Positions 9,896 to 19,568 are shown, counted from the first letter of the stretch. The stretch: DNA of 64,000 bases from an uncultured Planctomycetia bacterium (GCA_964527555.1 CAZGOG010000005.1:5863-69862); one strand, 5' to 3'. A program made the numbers and translations. Notes: generated by a model from the sequence alone, not told the origin.

Positions 9896-12661
9896 ATGAC
9901 AACTAAGACTGCAAGAAAAAAAGCTGTTAAGACGAAAAAGGACGTGTATTTTTTTGGCGGCGGTAAAGCCGATGGTGAAACTGAGATGAAAAATCTATTG
10001 GGAGGCAAAGGCGCTAACCTGGCAGAGATGGCGGGACACGCGAAACTCAGGCTTCCGGTTCCTGCCGGTTTTACTATAACGACAGATGTCTGCACTCATT
10101 ATTATAAAAGCAAAGGTAAGTATCCCGCCGGGCTCAAAGAAGAAGTGGCTGGTGCTTTAAAGAAAGTCGAGAAAGTCATGGGCAAGAAGTTCGGAGACCC
10201 CCACAATCCGCTTCTTGTATCCGTCCGTTCCGGGGCGCGCCGTTCCATGCCCGGGATGATGGAGACAGTGCTCAACATAGGCCTTACAACCAAGACGATA
10301 AAAGGGATTATCGCAAAAACGGACAACGAAAGGTTTGTCTACGACGCGTACAGGAGGCTTATAACCATGTATTCTGATGTGGTTATGGAAAAGTCCTGCG
10401 GCATAGAGCCCGGGGAAGGCAAGGGGATACGTGTCCAGCTTGAGAGAATAATGGCGGAGATGAAAAAAGAAAAAAATATCAAGCTTGATACGGAACTTGA
10501 CGCAGCGGATCTAAAACTTCTTTGCGAGAAATACAAGAAAAAAGTGAAACAGGTTCTGGGCAAGGAGTTCCCGGATGATGCCATGGAGCAGCTCTGGGGC
10601 GGCATAGGAGCGGTTTTCGCCTCATGGAACGGTAAGAGAGCTGTTTCGTACAGGCGTATTGAAAATATTCCCGATGAATGGGGCACGGCCGTAAATGTCC
10701 AGGCCATGGTGTTCGGTAATATGGGCAAGACTTCCGCGACCGGTGTTGCTTTCACGCGTAACCCGGGTAACGGTGACAACAAGTTCTACGGTGAGTATCT
10801 TATCAACGCTCAGGGTGAAGACGTTGTAGCCGGGACCAGGACACCCGCGCCGATAAACAAGAACTCGCAGAGCGAGCATAATAAACATGAGCTGATGCTT
10901 ACGGATTTTCTGCCTGGCGTGTATAAGCAGCTCGACTCTATCCAGAACAGGCTCGAGAAGCATTACCATGATATGCAGGATATAGAGTTCACCATTGAAG
11001 ACGGCAAACTCTATATACTTCAGACCCGTATAGGAAAACGTAACGGGCCTGCGGCTATCAAGATGGCTGTAGATATGGTCAAGGAGGGGCTTATCACGGA
11101 CAAAGAAGCTGTTATGCGCGTCAAACCCGAACAGCTTGATGAACTGCTGCATCCCATAATCGATCCTGATGCGGAGAAGAAAACCAAGGCATTGGCAAAA
11201 GGTCTTCCCGCCGGACCCGGTGCGGCAAACGGCATGATAGTCTTTGATTCGGATACTTCCGTTGAATGGGCTAAAAAAGGCAAGAAATCCATACTTGTCC
11301 GAGAAGAGACGAACCCGGAGGATGTCGAAGGTATGAGAGCGGCGCAGGCTATTCTCACTGCACGGGGAGGGATGACTTCACACGCGGCACTGGTCGCACG
11401 CGGCTGGGGTAAATGCTGCATAGTCGGCTGTTCAGACCTTGACATCGATCATGTCAACAAGACTGTAAGTATCGGGGGGACCGTTCTTAAAGAAGGCGAC
11501 TGGATAACCCTGAACGGGACGAAGGGACTTGTGTACAAAGATGTGCTTCCCATGATGGACGCGACAAAGGAAAACAAAGTTCTCAACAGTTTCTTGAAGA
11601 TTTGTGATTCTATACGCAAGCTTAAGATACGAACCAACGCTGATACTCCCGAGGATGCCAGAAAGGCGCGTGATTTCGGAGCTGAAGGGATAGGCCTCTT
11701 CAGAACGGAGCACATGTTTTACGGCGAAGGTTCTGAAGAACCGCTTTTCAAACTGCGCAAGATGATCCTTTCAGATTCAGTCGAGGAAAGGAGAGCGGCG
11801 CTGGATGAGCTGTACCCCTATGTGAAAGCGGATGTAAAGGGTACGCTTGAGGCCATGGCGGGCCTGCCGGTGACCATAAGGCTGCTTGATCCGCCGCTTC
11901 ATGAATTCGTTCCTCATCAGGAAGAAGGGCTTAAGAAACTTGCAAAAAGTCTGAATATCGGCATGGATGAGCTTGAGAAACGCATCTCGCTTCTTAAGGA
12001 GAGTAATCCCATGATGGGGCATCGCGGTGTCCGCCTCGGGGTGACATATCCCGAGATTACCGAGATGCAGGCAAGAGCCGTTTTGGAAGCTACGGCGGAA
12101 CTGATAAAGGCAAATAAGAAGGTAATGCCTGAGATCATGGTGCCTGTTGTAGGTACGGACAAGGAGATAAGCGACCAGGAAGAGATCATTAAACGGGTGC
12201 GGGAGGAAGTGCTCAAGAAGTATAAGCTTAAAAGTATTCCTCTTTTAGTCGGTACGATGATAGAGATACCTCGCGCAGCGCTTACGGCTGATAAGATAGC
12301 CAATGTGGCGGAATTCTTCTCGTTCGGCACCAATGACCTTACACAGATGAGCTACGGGTTTTCGCGCGATGATATGGGGGGATTTCTTATACCGTACCTG
12401 GAGAAACACATACTTCCGCAGGATCCTTTCCAGTCACTTGACACCGAAGGTGTAGGCCAGCTTATTAAAGTCGGTATCGAACGCGGGAGAAAAACGCGGC
12501 CGCATCTGAAGGTCGGTATATGCGGTGAGCATGGAGGGGACCCGGCGTCCATAGAGTTCTGTTACAAGGCAGGCATGGATTATGTGAGCTGCTCTCCGTT
12601 TCGCGTACCGATAGCTAGGCTTGCTGCAGCTCAAGCGGCGATTGCTAGTAGCAAGGCATAA
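9896..12661 (+). CDS. ppdK: Pyruvate, phosphate dikinase
   Basis: 921 aa with an ATP-grasp N-terminus 'LLGGKGANLAEM', a central phospho-His domain and a C-terminal PEP-utilizing TIM barrel. Confidence 0.9.
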   Translation: MTTKTARKKAVKTKKDVYFFGGGKADGETEMKNLLGGKGANLAEMAGHAKLRLPVPAGFTITTDVCTHYYKSKGKYPAGLKEEVAGALKKVEKVMGKKFGDPHNPLLVSVRSGARRSMPGMMETVLNIGLTTKTIKGIIAKTDNERFVYDAYRRLITMYSDVVMEKSCGIEPGEGKGIRVQLERIMAEMKKEKNIKLDTELDAADLKLLCEKYKKKVKQVLGKEFPDDAMEQLWGGIGAVFASWNGKRAVSYRRIENIPDEWGTAVNVQAMVFGNMGKTSATGVAFTRNPGNGDNKFYGEYLINAQGEDVVAGTRTPAPINKNSQSEHNKHELMLTDFLPGVYKQLDSIQNRLEKHYHDMQDIEFTIEDGKLYILQTRIGKRNGPAAIKMAVDMVKEGLITDKEAVMRVKPEQLDELLHPIIDPDAEKKTKALAKGLPAGPGAANGMIVFDSDTSVEWAKKGKKSILVREETNPEDVEGMRAAQAILTARGGMTSHAALVARGWGKCCIVGCSDLDIDHVNKTVSIGGTVLKEGDWITLNGTKGLVYKDVLPMMDATKENKVLNSFLKICDSIRKLKIRTNADTPEDARKARDFGAEGIGLFRTEHMFYGEGSEEPLFKLRKMILSDSVEERRAALDELYPYVKADVKGTLEAMAGLPVTIRLLDPPLHEFVPHQEEGLKKLAKSLNIGMDELEKRISLLKESNPMMGHRGVRLGVTYPEITEMQARAVLEATAELIKANKKVMPEIMVPVVGTDKEISDQEEIIKRVREEVLKKYKLKSIPLLVGTMIEIPRAALTADKIANVAEFFSFGTNDLTQMSYGFSRDDMGGFLIPYLEKHILPQDPFQSLDTEGVGQLIKVGIERGRKTRPHLKVGICGEHGGDPASIEFCYKAGMDYVSCSPFRVPIARLAAAQAAIASSKA

Positions 12662-12768
12662 GCCTTTCGGGTTGTGTTTTTGTTCTTCCGGGTGCGACAA
12701 GTGCCTCCAAAGTAGGGGGCGGCAAGTTGTATCCGGCGGATGAGAAAAATGCAGAAGGAAACTAAATA

Positions 12769-13653
12769 ATGGATGCGATAAAACTTTATCTAAAGGACAT
12801 AAGGGACCTGCCGCTTCTTACGGCTGAGGAAGAGAAGGAGCTGGCACAAAAGGTGAAAAAAGGCGACAAGAAGGCGCGCCAGAAAATGATAAAAAGCAAC
12901 CTGCGCCTTGTGATTAACATCGCAAAAAAATACAGTTACCTTGGCGTTCCCATGCTGGATCTCATAGAGGAAGGTAACTTGGGCCTGATGAAAGCGGTTA
13001 CCAAATACGATCCGGACAAGGGGTACCGTTTCAGCACCTACGCGGCATGGTGGATAAAACAGTTCATCACCAGAGCCGTTGCCAATCAGGGAAAGACCGT
13101 CCGCATACCCGTTTACGTGATGGAAATGCTTATGAGGTTCCGGAAGGTAAAGAAGCATCTTTTGCAGAAGATGAAAAAGACTCCGCAGTTAAGCGATATC
13201 GCCAAGAAGATGAAACTGCCTGTGGGCCGCGTTCGGCAACTTAATCATATGGCTTCAAGCATCGCCAGTTTAAATGCGCCCATAGGTGAGACCGGTGATT
13301 CAGAGTTCATGGATCTGATCGAGGATGAGAATATCGTCAACTCCGTGGATGAACTTTCCAAATTCCTTCTTCATGAAAGGATCGAAGGACTTTTAGAGAA
13401 GATGACGGAGCGGGAAAAAAAGATACTTACGCTGAGGTTTGGTCTCGGTGAAGACGGCGTCTCGCATACGCTCAGAGACACCGCTAAACATTTCGGTATT
13501 ACGCGGGAAAGAGTAAGACAGATCGAAGCGGCATGCATGCAGAAACTGCGCAAGATGATGGAAGAGCAGGAAAAAGAATCCGAAGAGCTCTTTGCTAGAA
13601 GAACGAAGAAAAGAAAAAAAAGCGCTGTTAGAAGCACAAAACACAGAATATAA
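12769..13653 (+). CDS. RNA polymerase sigma factor, sigma-70 family (regions 1.2-4)
   Basis: Region 1.2 'DPxxLYLKDIxxLPLLTAEEE', region 2 'YAAWWIKQ' and region 4 helix-turn-helix. Ends in a basic Lys/Arg-rich tail. Confidence 0.85.
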   Translation: MDAIKLYLKDIRDLPLLTAEEEKELAQKVKKGDKKARQKMIKSNLRLVINIAKKYSYLGVPMLDLIEEGNLGLMKAVTKYDPDKGYRFSTYAAWWIKQFITRAVANQGKTVRIPVYVMEMLMRFRKVKKHLLQKMKKTPQLSDIAKKMKLPVGRVRQLNHMASSIASLNAPIGETGDSEFMDLIEDENIVNSVDELSKFLLHERIEGLLEKMTEREKKILTLRFGLGEDGVSHTLRDTAKHFGITRERVRQIEAACMQKLRKMMEEQEKESEELFARRTKKRKKSAVRSTKHRI

Positions 13654-13703
13654 AAGCGTTTTAATCCTCTGTTTTTGCGCCTCTTATATTTTTGATTATT
13701 CAT

Positions 13704-13780
<77 letters not shown>

Positions 13781-13883
13781 CCTTTTGAAGGTGAACGTAT
13801 TATATGAAAAATGGATGTAATTCGGCAAAGAATAAGAACTAAAGAAGCCCGTGACTTGGCAGAGTATTGAGGGGGTGAGAGGC

Positions 13884-14291
13884 ATGAATCAGGATGCGGG
13901 ATCGGTTTATCCGGGCGGGGAAAGAAGACTTTACAAGAGAATAGCGAAACCGTTCATGACGAAGTTCCGTATTTTAAAAGACGAGCCTAGCCAGGAAGAT
14001 TCGGCCAGCTGGGATATGGTGGTTGTGAAAAATTTAGGGGCCGGAGGCATCCTTTTTAACTATGATAAAAAGATGGATATGGGATCGCTTCTTGATTTAA
14101 AAATAAATTTTCCGGCATCGGAACAGCCCATTAAGTGTACCGGCAAAGTCATACGCATCGAAGACACTCCGCATCCTTCGGTGGTCCGCATCGCTGCGGT
14201 TTTTACGGAAATCAGCGAGGAAGAAAAAGCGATGATAAATAATCTTGCAGAGGGTTTTTATTCTAATAGACCCGGACGGATAGCGCCATAG
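13884..14291 (+). CDS. PilZ domain protein (putative c-di-GMP effector)
   Basis: Motifs 'RRLYKR' and 'NLGAGGILF' match the PilZ RxxxR / DxSxGG signatures. Start placed at the ATG preceded by 'GAGAGG'. Confidence 0.6.
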   Translation: MNQDAGSVYPGGERRLYKRIAKPFMTKFRILKDEPSQEDSASWDMVVVKNLGAGGILFNYDKKMDMGSLLDLKINFPASEQPIKCTGKVIRIEDTPHPSVVRIAAVFTEISEEEKAMINNLAEGFYSNRPGRIAP

Positions 14292-14311
14292 GAAATCCAA
14301 ACGTATTAGCG

Positions 14312-14644
14312 GTGAAGAGCATATTTTTATTTTTTTTGATTAGCGGGTTTTTGGTTTGTCAGAATGTATGTGCGGACGATCTTCCGCTTAAAGACGGCAT
14401 TTACCAGGGCAGTTACTCCTTCATAAAAGTTTCACTTACCGTCAAAGACGGCAGGATTGATGCGATTGTAATGACGGAGCATGGCGGAGGCGGCGAAGAG
14501 TACGCCAGCATGGCAAGAGAGCTTATTCCCGCAATCATAGAGAGGCAGTCAACGGAAGTTGACGCTGTCAGCGGCGCCACGGTAAGCAGTCGCAATCTGA
14601 AAGAAGCCGTTAAAGATGCCCTGCGAAAGGCTTCCGGCGAGTAA
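14312..14644 (+). CDS. Secreted FMN-binding domain protein
   Basis: Signal peptide and a C-terminal 'SGATVSS' FMN_bind-type motif. GTG start. Confidence 0.55.
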   Translation: MKSIFLFFLISGFLVCQNVCADDLPLKDGIYQGSYSFIKVSLTVKDGRIDAIVMTEHGGGGEEYASMARELIPAIIERQSTEVDAVSGATVSSRNLKEAVKDALRKASGE

Positions 14645-14659
14645 AAAGAAAGGAACCAG

Positions 14660-15025
14660 ATGCTTTCCAAAATATTGGGAATAATATGGATTATTTTCGG
14701 CGCACTTTGGTTCTTTAGACCCGAGGGGCTTAAGAACCGTTTAAAAAGAAAGATGAGCCGCAGGATGAGGCGGACCGTTTATGTTTTTATCTTGATATTC
14801 GGGTTTCTTCTGATGGGAAGCGTGTTTAAGGCTCACGGAGTCCTTCCCAAGGTCGTAGGCATAATAGGGATAATCATCACGATAAAAGCCATACTTTTGA
14901 TCACCTCAAAGACCAGCGAAAAGATATTCGGGTGGTGGGCGGAAAGACCCCTCACATTTTTCAGGATATGGGCACTATTTGTCTTTGCAACGGGTCTAAT
15001 GCTGATGTTTGTCACAAAGAGTTAA
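14660..15025 (+). CDS. Small integral membrane protein, function unknown
   Basis: Four predicted TM helices; no recognisable motif. Confidence 0.4.
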   Translation: MLSKILGIIWIIFGALWFFRPEGLKNRLKRKMSRRMRRTVYVFILIFGFLLMGSVFKAHGVLPKVVGIIGIIITIKAILLITSKTSEKIFGWWAERPLTFFRIWALFVFATGLMLMFVTKS

Positions 15026-15049
15026 TCTACAGCTATAAGAAAGGGGGAG

Positions 15050-15547
15050 TTGATGGAATCTATGATTAGGGGAGGCAAACTCGCGCTGGTGCTGGTAATA
15101 ATCCTTCTTCCGCTTATCTTTTTCGGCGGTATAGATCTGGCTGAAGCCGATAATACTGTGGGCGGCGATGATGCCACACAAGAGGAGGCGTGGACTAAGG
15201 ATTTAGATAAAAAGATTGATAAGACAATAGCGATTTTAAATGTGATAAAGGAAGAGATGCAGAAGGCGGAGGAGCCCTTACCTTCGGATAAAAAAGTACA
15301 GGCGAAAACCGGGGAAGAAGAAGCGGAAGAACTGGGAGAAAAAGCAGGACGAGCAGCCGGGACGATGGCCAGGATCTGGAGAAAGATCAGGGACATTATA
15401 GGGGTCAAAGAAGGCGAAGGCACTACTGAAGACAAAGACGAGTGGAGTCAAGATTTGAGTGTGAAACTTGATAAAACCATTGCAGCCATGCAGGGCATGA
15501 AAGAGGAGCTGGATAAGATTAAAGAAGAAGATGCCAGGTCCGAATAG
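15050..15547 (+). CDS. Secreted acidic protein with an internal duplicated coiled-coil segment
   Basis: Signal peptide. The segment 'W(T/S)KDL..K.DKTIA..' is duplicated. Confidence 0.45.
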   Translation: MMESMIRGGKLALVLVIILLPLIFFGGIDLAEADNTVGGDDATQEEAWTKDLDKKIDKTIAILNVIKEEMQKAEEPLPSDKKVQAKTGEEEAEELGEKAGRAAGTMARIWRKIRDIIGVKEGEGTTEDKDEWSQDLSVKLDKTIAAMQGMKEELDKIKEEDARSE

Positions 15548-15607
15548 TTTAAAAAGCACAAAATATTCGTAAGCACTTGTAATATTTTATCTAAAGATGT
15601 AAACTTT

Positions 15608-15738
15608 ACCTGTGAAGCTCCATGGGCTAACGCCCATGGAATCCACAGTTTCAGTCGTTCCGTCAAGCGGAAAGACTGCACCGAAGGGCGTTCATCCATG
15701 CCCTTACGGGCGTGGTTTTCTGGTGCGTGGGTAAAAGC
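15608..15738 (-). repeat. Family-1 structured intergenic repeat, copy A (inverted, degenerate)
   Basis: Reverse complement aligns to copies B-D at about 90%. The outer helix is disrupted by substitutions. Confidence 0.8.
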
Positions 15739-15770
15739 ATAAAACGCATATTTGTAGCATAAGGATCTTT

Positions 15771-16139
15771 ATGGGGCAAAAAAATATTCTTATTGCCGAT
15801 GACGAGCAGGAATTCTGCTCGATGGCAGCCAATTTTTTTGAGGAAAGAGGGTATAAGGCCAGCTGCGTCAATAAGGGGGAAGACGCCATAAAAAAAGTCA
15901 AGGAAGAGAAGTTCGATATTGTTTTACTTGACTTAAGAATGCCATATTTTAGCGGGGGGTTTGGCATCTTTAGGGAGATCAAACAGGTTGACCCGAATAT
16001 CCCCATTATATTAATTACCGGCTGCACGCCGGCAGAAATCCAAAAGCCATTGGAAGACATTAATGCCGATGATGTCTTATATAAACCGTTTAAGATGGAC
16101 AAACTCCTTAAAAGCATAGAGAAAATACTTGTAAAATAG
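15771..16139 (+). CDS. Single-domain response regulator (CheY-like REC domain)
   Basis: 'ILIADDE...LLDLRMP...KP' receiver motifs; no output domain. Confidence 0.75.
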   Translation: MGQKNILIADDEQEFCSMAANFFEERGYKASCVNKGEDAIKKVKEEKFDIVLLDLRMPYFSGGFGIFREIKQVDPNIPIILITGCTPAEIQKPLEDINADDVLYKPFKMDKLLKSIEKILVK

Positions 16140-16273
16140 TAAAAAATAATCGTCCCTTTCTTAAATATAGCAAATTATCCGCTTCTCTTAAATTTACCCG
16201 AAGATTCAGTTAGGCCTTAGGTTTTTTCTTATAATTACAATATAGCAGCTGCTATATCATTAATAAATTAAGT

Positions 16274-17491
16274 ATGAAAAACAATCTTAAACCGGAACTG
16301 GTAGCTCCTGCAGGGGACTGGTCTTCACTTTCCAGTGCCGTATCTTCTGGCGCTGATGCTGTCTATTTCGGCATCAAAGGAATAAACATGCGTCACGGAG
16401 CCAGTAATTTCGATGTCCTTGAACTTAAGAAAGTAATGGCCCTCCTGCATAAAATGGGCAGGAAGGGATACCTGGCTTTAAATGTGCTTGTTTATAATAA
16501 TGAAATCAGTAAGATACGGGGGATACTTGAAGAAGCAAGTAGAAGCGGGGTTGATGCAGTTATCCTCTGGGACATGGCTGTTTTATCTCCGGCAAGAGAG
16601 CTGGGTCTTAAAACACATCTATCCACACAGGCAAGTGTCTCGAATCTCGAGGCGTTAAAATTCTACTCTGACCTGGGAGTGGAAAGAATAGTGTTAGCCA
16701 GGGAATGCAGTCTCGATGATATACGGCAAATAATCTCCGGGATAGAGAGGGAGGGTATCTCTTGCGGCGTGGAGACCTTTATCCATGGCGCCATGTGCCT
16801 GAGTATATCCGGAAGGTGCCTTCTTTCGTATGATTCTTTTTCAAAATCTGCTAACAGGGGAGAATGCATCCAGCCGTGCAGGAGGGAATTTATGGTTACG
16901 GATTCCCAGGAAGAATGCCGGTATATACTCGGAGAGGACTACGTATTAAGCCCGAAAGACCTTTGCACCATTAGTTTTATTGATAAACTTATACTTTCGG
17001 GGGTAAATGCGTTTAAGATAGAGGGACGCATGCGTTCTCCGGAGTACGCCAAGATAACTACTTCTGTGTACAGGGAAGCGATTGATGCTTTTAGCGAGGG
17101 GAAGCTGGATGAAAAACTGAAAGGGGAGCTTTTGAATACACTCAAGAAGTCTTTTAACAGGGGTTTTTCAGACGGCTTTTATTTTAAGAAAGCGAAGGAT
17201 CTCGGGGGAAAACTTCAGAACAATTATGAAAAGGTTTATCTGGGCGAAGTCGTGAAATTTTATAAAAGAATAAGAGTTGCCGAAATTGCGATAACAAACG
17301 AATCTTTAAAAAAAGGGCAAAAGATTCTAGTGACCGGCAAGAACACTCCTGCCGCCTTTTCTATGGTGGAAGAGATGCAGATAGACCATAGAGAGGTCGA
17401 CTTTGTCCCACGGGGCAAAGCAGTAGGCATCAAATTACCTTTTAAAGTAAGGCCAAAGGATAAAGTGTTTCTTTGGCATGAGAAAGCGTAG
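16274..17491 (+). CDS. Peptidase U32 family protein (collagenase-like)
   Basis: Conserved U32 N-terminus 'ELVAPAGDW...AGADAVYFG' and C-terminal beta-barrel domain. Confidence 0.8.
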   Translation: MKNNLKPELVAPAGDWSSLSSAVSSGADAVYFGIKGINMRHGASNFDVLELKKVMALLHKMGRKGYLALNVLVYNNEISKIRGILEEASRSGVDAVILWDMAVLSPARELGLKTHLSTQASVSNLEALKFYSDLGVERIVLARECSLDDIRQIISGIEREGISCGVETFIHGAMCLSISGRCLLSYDSFSKSANRGECIQPCRREFMVTDSQEECRYILGEDYVLSPKDLCTISFIDKLILSGVNAFKIEGRMRSPEYAKITTSVYREAIDAFSEGKLDEKLKGELLNTLKKSFNRGFSDGFYFKKAKDLGGKLQNNYEKVYLGEVVKFYKRIRVAEIAITNESLKKGQKILVTGKNTPAAFSMVEEMQIDHREVDFVPRGKAVGIKLPFKVRPKDKVFLWHEKA

Positions 17492-17500
17492 AGCTAAGAA

Positions 17501-18103
17501 GTGCCTGATATTATCGAGGAAAAATTCAATAAATGGACCGGGGGATGTTCCCCGGAAAAAGCCCGGATAAAGATATTCGAGGAAATACGGGATATTCCTT
17601 TCAGCGTAGTGCCGGAACTTTTCAGTCTTGATAAAGGACCAAGGGGGATGCTTGAGGAAAACAGGGGATTCTGCGTGCCTAAGCATTATCTATTGGGTAT
17701 GATGTATCAGAAGCTGGGGGTGCCTGTCAGATATCATACTTATTCATTCAGATGGAGTGAGATAGATGTAGATTACCCGCAAGATTTAAAAAAACTTGCC
17801 AAGAGAGCGTCTGTAACCTACCACTTGGCGTGTAAAGCTTTTATCGAAAAGAGGTGGGTTTTGATAGATGCCACATGGGACAGCCCCTTAAAGAAAACGG
17901 GATTTTTGGTAAATGAAGATTGGGACGGGAGAAGCCCGATGAAAAATGCCGTTAAACCGCTGGAGGAGTTTATTCACGAGGATGCCCGCCAGAGGGATAT
18001 TGTATTTCAGGAAAAACTGGCTTTATATACATTGGAAGAGAAACTGGAGCTTTCAAGGTTTTCTCTCGGGCTCAATCAGTGGCTTGAAGAGCTGAGGAAG
18101 TGA
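17501..18103 (+). CDS. Transglutaminase-like (papain-fold) domain protein
   Basis: Candidate Cys-His-Asp triad ('GFCVPKHY', 'TYHLAC', 'LIDATWD'). Confidence 0.45.
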   Translation: MPDIIEEKFNKWTGGCSPEKARIKIFEEIRDIPFSVVPELFSLDKGPRGMLEENRGFCVPKHYLLGMMYQKLGVPVRYHTYSFRWSEIDVDYPQDLKKLAKRASVTYHLACKAFIEKRWVLIDATWDSPLKKTGFLVNEDWDGRSPMKNAVKPLEEFIHEDARQRDIVFQEKLALYTLEEKLELSRFSLGLNQWLEELRK

Positions 18104-18161
18104 CGCGTTAACGGAGAAAGCTCTTGGCATTTATTTGTTTTATTCAAGTTTTTGTGATACC

Positions 18162-18290
18162 TTTTACCCATGCACCAGAAGGCCACGCCCGTAAGGGCGT
18201 GGATGAATGGCCTTCGGTGCAGGGTTCCGCTTGACGGAAAGACTGAAACTGTGGATTCCATGGGCGTTAGCCCATGGAGCTTCACAAGGT
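18162..18290 (+). repeat. Family-1 structured intergenic repeat, copy B
   Basis: About 97% identical to copies C and D. Contains three hairpins and ends 40 nt before the ATG at 18331. Confidence 0.85.
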
Positions 18291-18330
18291 GTTGTTTTGT
18301 GGAGAGGTGAGGCAAAAAAAGGAGGGTAAG

Positions 18331-18573
18331 ATGAAGCTGAGTGTAAAGGCGTTTGCTCTGGCAGGTGGAATCTTGTGGGGATTAGCCGTATTTATTCTTA
18401 CGTGGCTAAAAATAATGGGGTACGGGGGAGAACTTACCCTCATCAAGTCGTATTATATCGGATATTCAGTTACCCCGTTAGGAAGCGTGATAGGCGCAGT
18501 TTATGGATTTTTCGATGCCGGCATCGGTTGCGCTATCTTTGTACTGCTGTATAACAAACTTGCAGAGAAATAA
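18331..18573 (+). CDS. Small membrane protein (80 aa)
   Basis: RBS 'AGGAGG' and two TM helices. The upstream part of the tracked ORF (18274) is a read-through of the repeat. Confidence 0.45.
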   Translation: MKLSVKAFALAGGILWGLAVFILTWLKIMGYGGELTLIKSYYIGYSVTPLGSVIGAVYGFFDAGIGCAIFVLLYNKLAEK

Positions 18574-18603
18574 ATAATCCCTTAATATCGGCATTTGCTA
18601 TCA

Positions 18604-18654
18604 ACAAGCATCCGGAACTTAAAATTTCCGGATGCTTGTTTTATAAGTAAAGCT
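18604..18654 (+). terminator. Rho-independent terminator
   Basis: Stem 'ACAAGCATCCGGAA' / 'TTCCGGATGCTTGT' followed by TTTT. Confidence 0.7.
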
Positions 18655-18822
18655 TTTAAAATGATCATAGTATCTTAGCGGCTAAGCTAAGTTTAATAAC
18701 TACAATAATACCCGCTCCAATATTAAAATGAAGTTTAAAGTTGCATTGACGTGCAGCATTGTTTTTTTAGCCGCTTCGTGGTAAACTCTCACTATTATTC
18801 ATCAAAAAAACGGAGGCATGTT

Positions 18823-19470
18823 ATGATAGACCTGCATACTCATACCATATTAAGTGACGGTGATCTTATCGCCAGTGAGCTTGTAAGGCGCGCAGAGGTC
18901 GCCGGATGTAATGTAATAGCAATTACCGACCATGTAGATCATTCAAATATTGATGTAGTCCTGCCCGGGATTGTAAAAGCATCTAAAATACTTAACAAAT
19001 TTTGGGATATTTTTGTTGTTCCGGGAGTTGAAATAACACATGTGCCGCTTGAGGTGTTTAGTGAGCTTACTAAATATGCCCGGGTAAATGGCGCTAAAAT
19101 AGTTGTCGGTCACGGTGAGTCTTCCGTAGAGCCAGTAATACCGGGGACCAACGCCGCCGCTATAAATGCCGGTGTAGATATCCTGGCGCATCCGGGTTTT
19201 ATCAGCGAGAAAGATGCCCGTCTTGCCGAGGAGAAGGGTGTTTATCTTGAGATTACATCCCGCAATGGTCATTCCGAGACAAACAAACACGTTTTTGCCA
19301 TGGCATCTAAGGCCGGGGCCAAACTGGTCTTAAATACAGACACGCATTCTCCGGAAGATATTCTCACTCCGGAAAAAAGAGACGAGATCCTGGGATTTTT
19401 GACTGACTCCGATGAGATTAAGTCTGGCATTATCCGTAACTCGGAAGAGATAGTTGATAAACTTCGGTGA
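18823..19470 (+). CDS. PHP-domain phosphoesterase (histidinol-phosphatase family)
   Basis: 'IDLHTHT' and 'ITDHVDH' metal-binding motifs. RBS 'GGAGG' lies 6 nt upstream of the ATG. Confidence 0.75.
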   Translation: MIDLHTHTILSDGDLIASELVRRAEVAGCNVIAITDHVDHSNIDVVLPGIVKASKILNKFWDIFVVPGVEITHVPLEVFSELTKYARVNGAKIVVGHGESSVEPVIPGTNAAAINAGVDILAHPGFISEKDARLAEEKGVYLEITSRNGHSETNKHVFAMASKAGAKLVLNTDTHSPEDILTPEKRDEILGFLTDSDEIKSGIIRNSEEIVDKLR

Positions 19471-19540
19471 AACGGTTTATTCCAAAGTATTGATCTAAAG
19501 ATTTAGTTCTCTTAACAGCAATTTTTTATTGTTCTTATTC

Positions 19541-19568
19541 TTGACAGGCAGAGATTTCATGATATACT
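19541..19568 (+). promoter_or_regulatory. Sigma-70-type promoter (TTGACA-N16-TATACT)
   Basis: Near-consensus hexamers about 260 nt upstream of the outer-membrane protein gene start. Confidence 0.5.

Noticed and set aside
10102-12700. Multiple minus-strand ORFs of 66-176 aa inside ppdK
   Set aside because: They are antisense to the conserved ppdK. These are typical long-gene shadow ORFs.
15448-15699. An 83-aa minus-strand ORF, and the N-terminal extensions of the ORFs starting at 18274, 39531 and 57742
   Set aside because: All four are translations of the family-1 repeat. The same 'SVQSFRLTERLKLW' peptide appears wherever the repeat occurs. The real starts lie downstream of the repeat, each with its own RBS.
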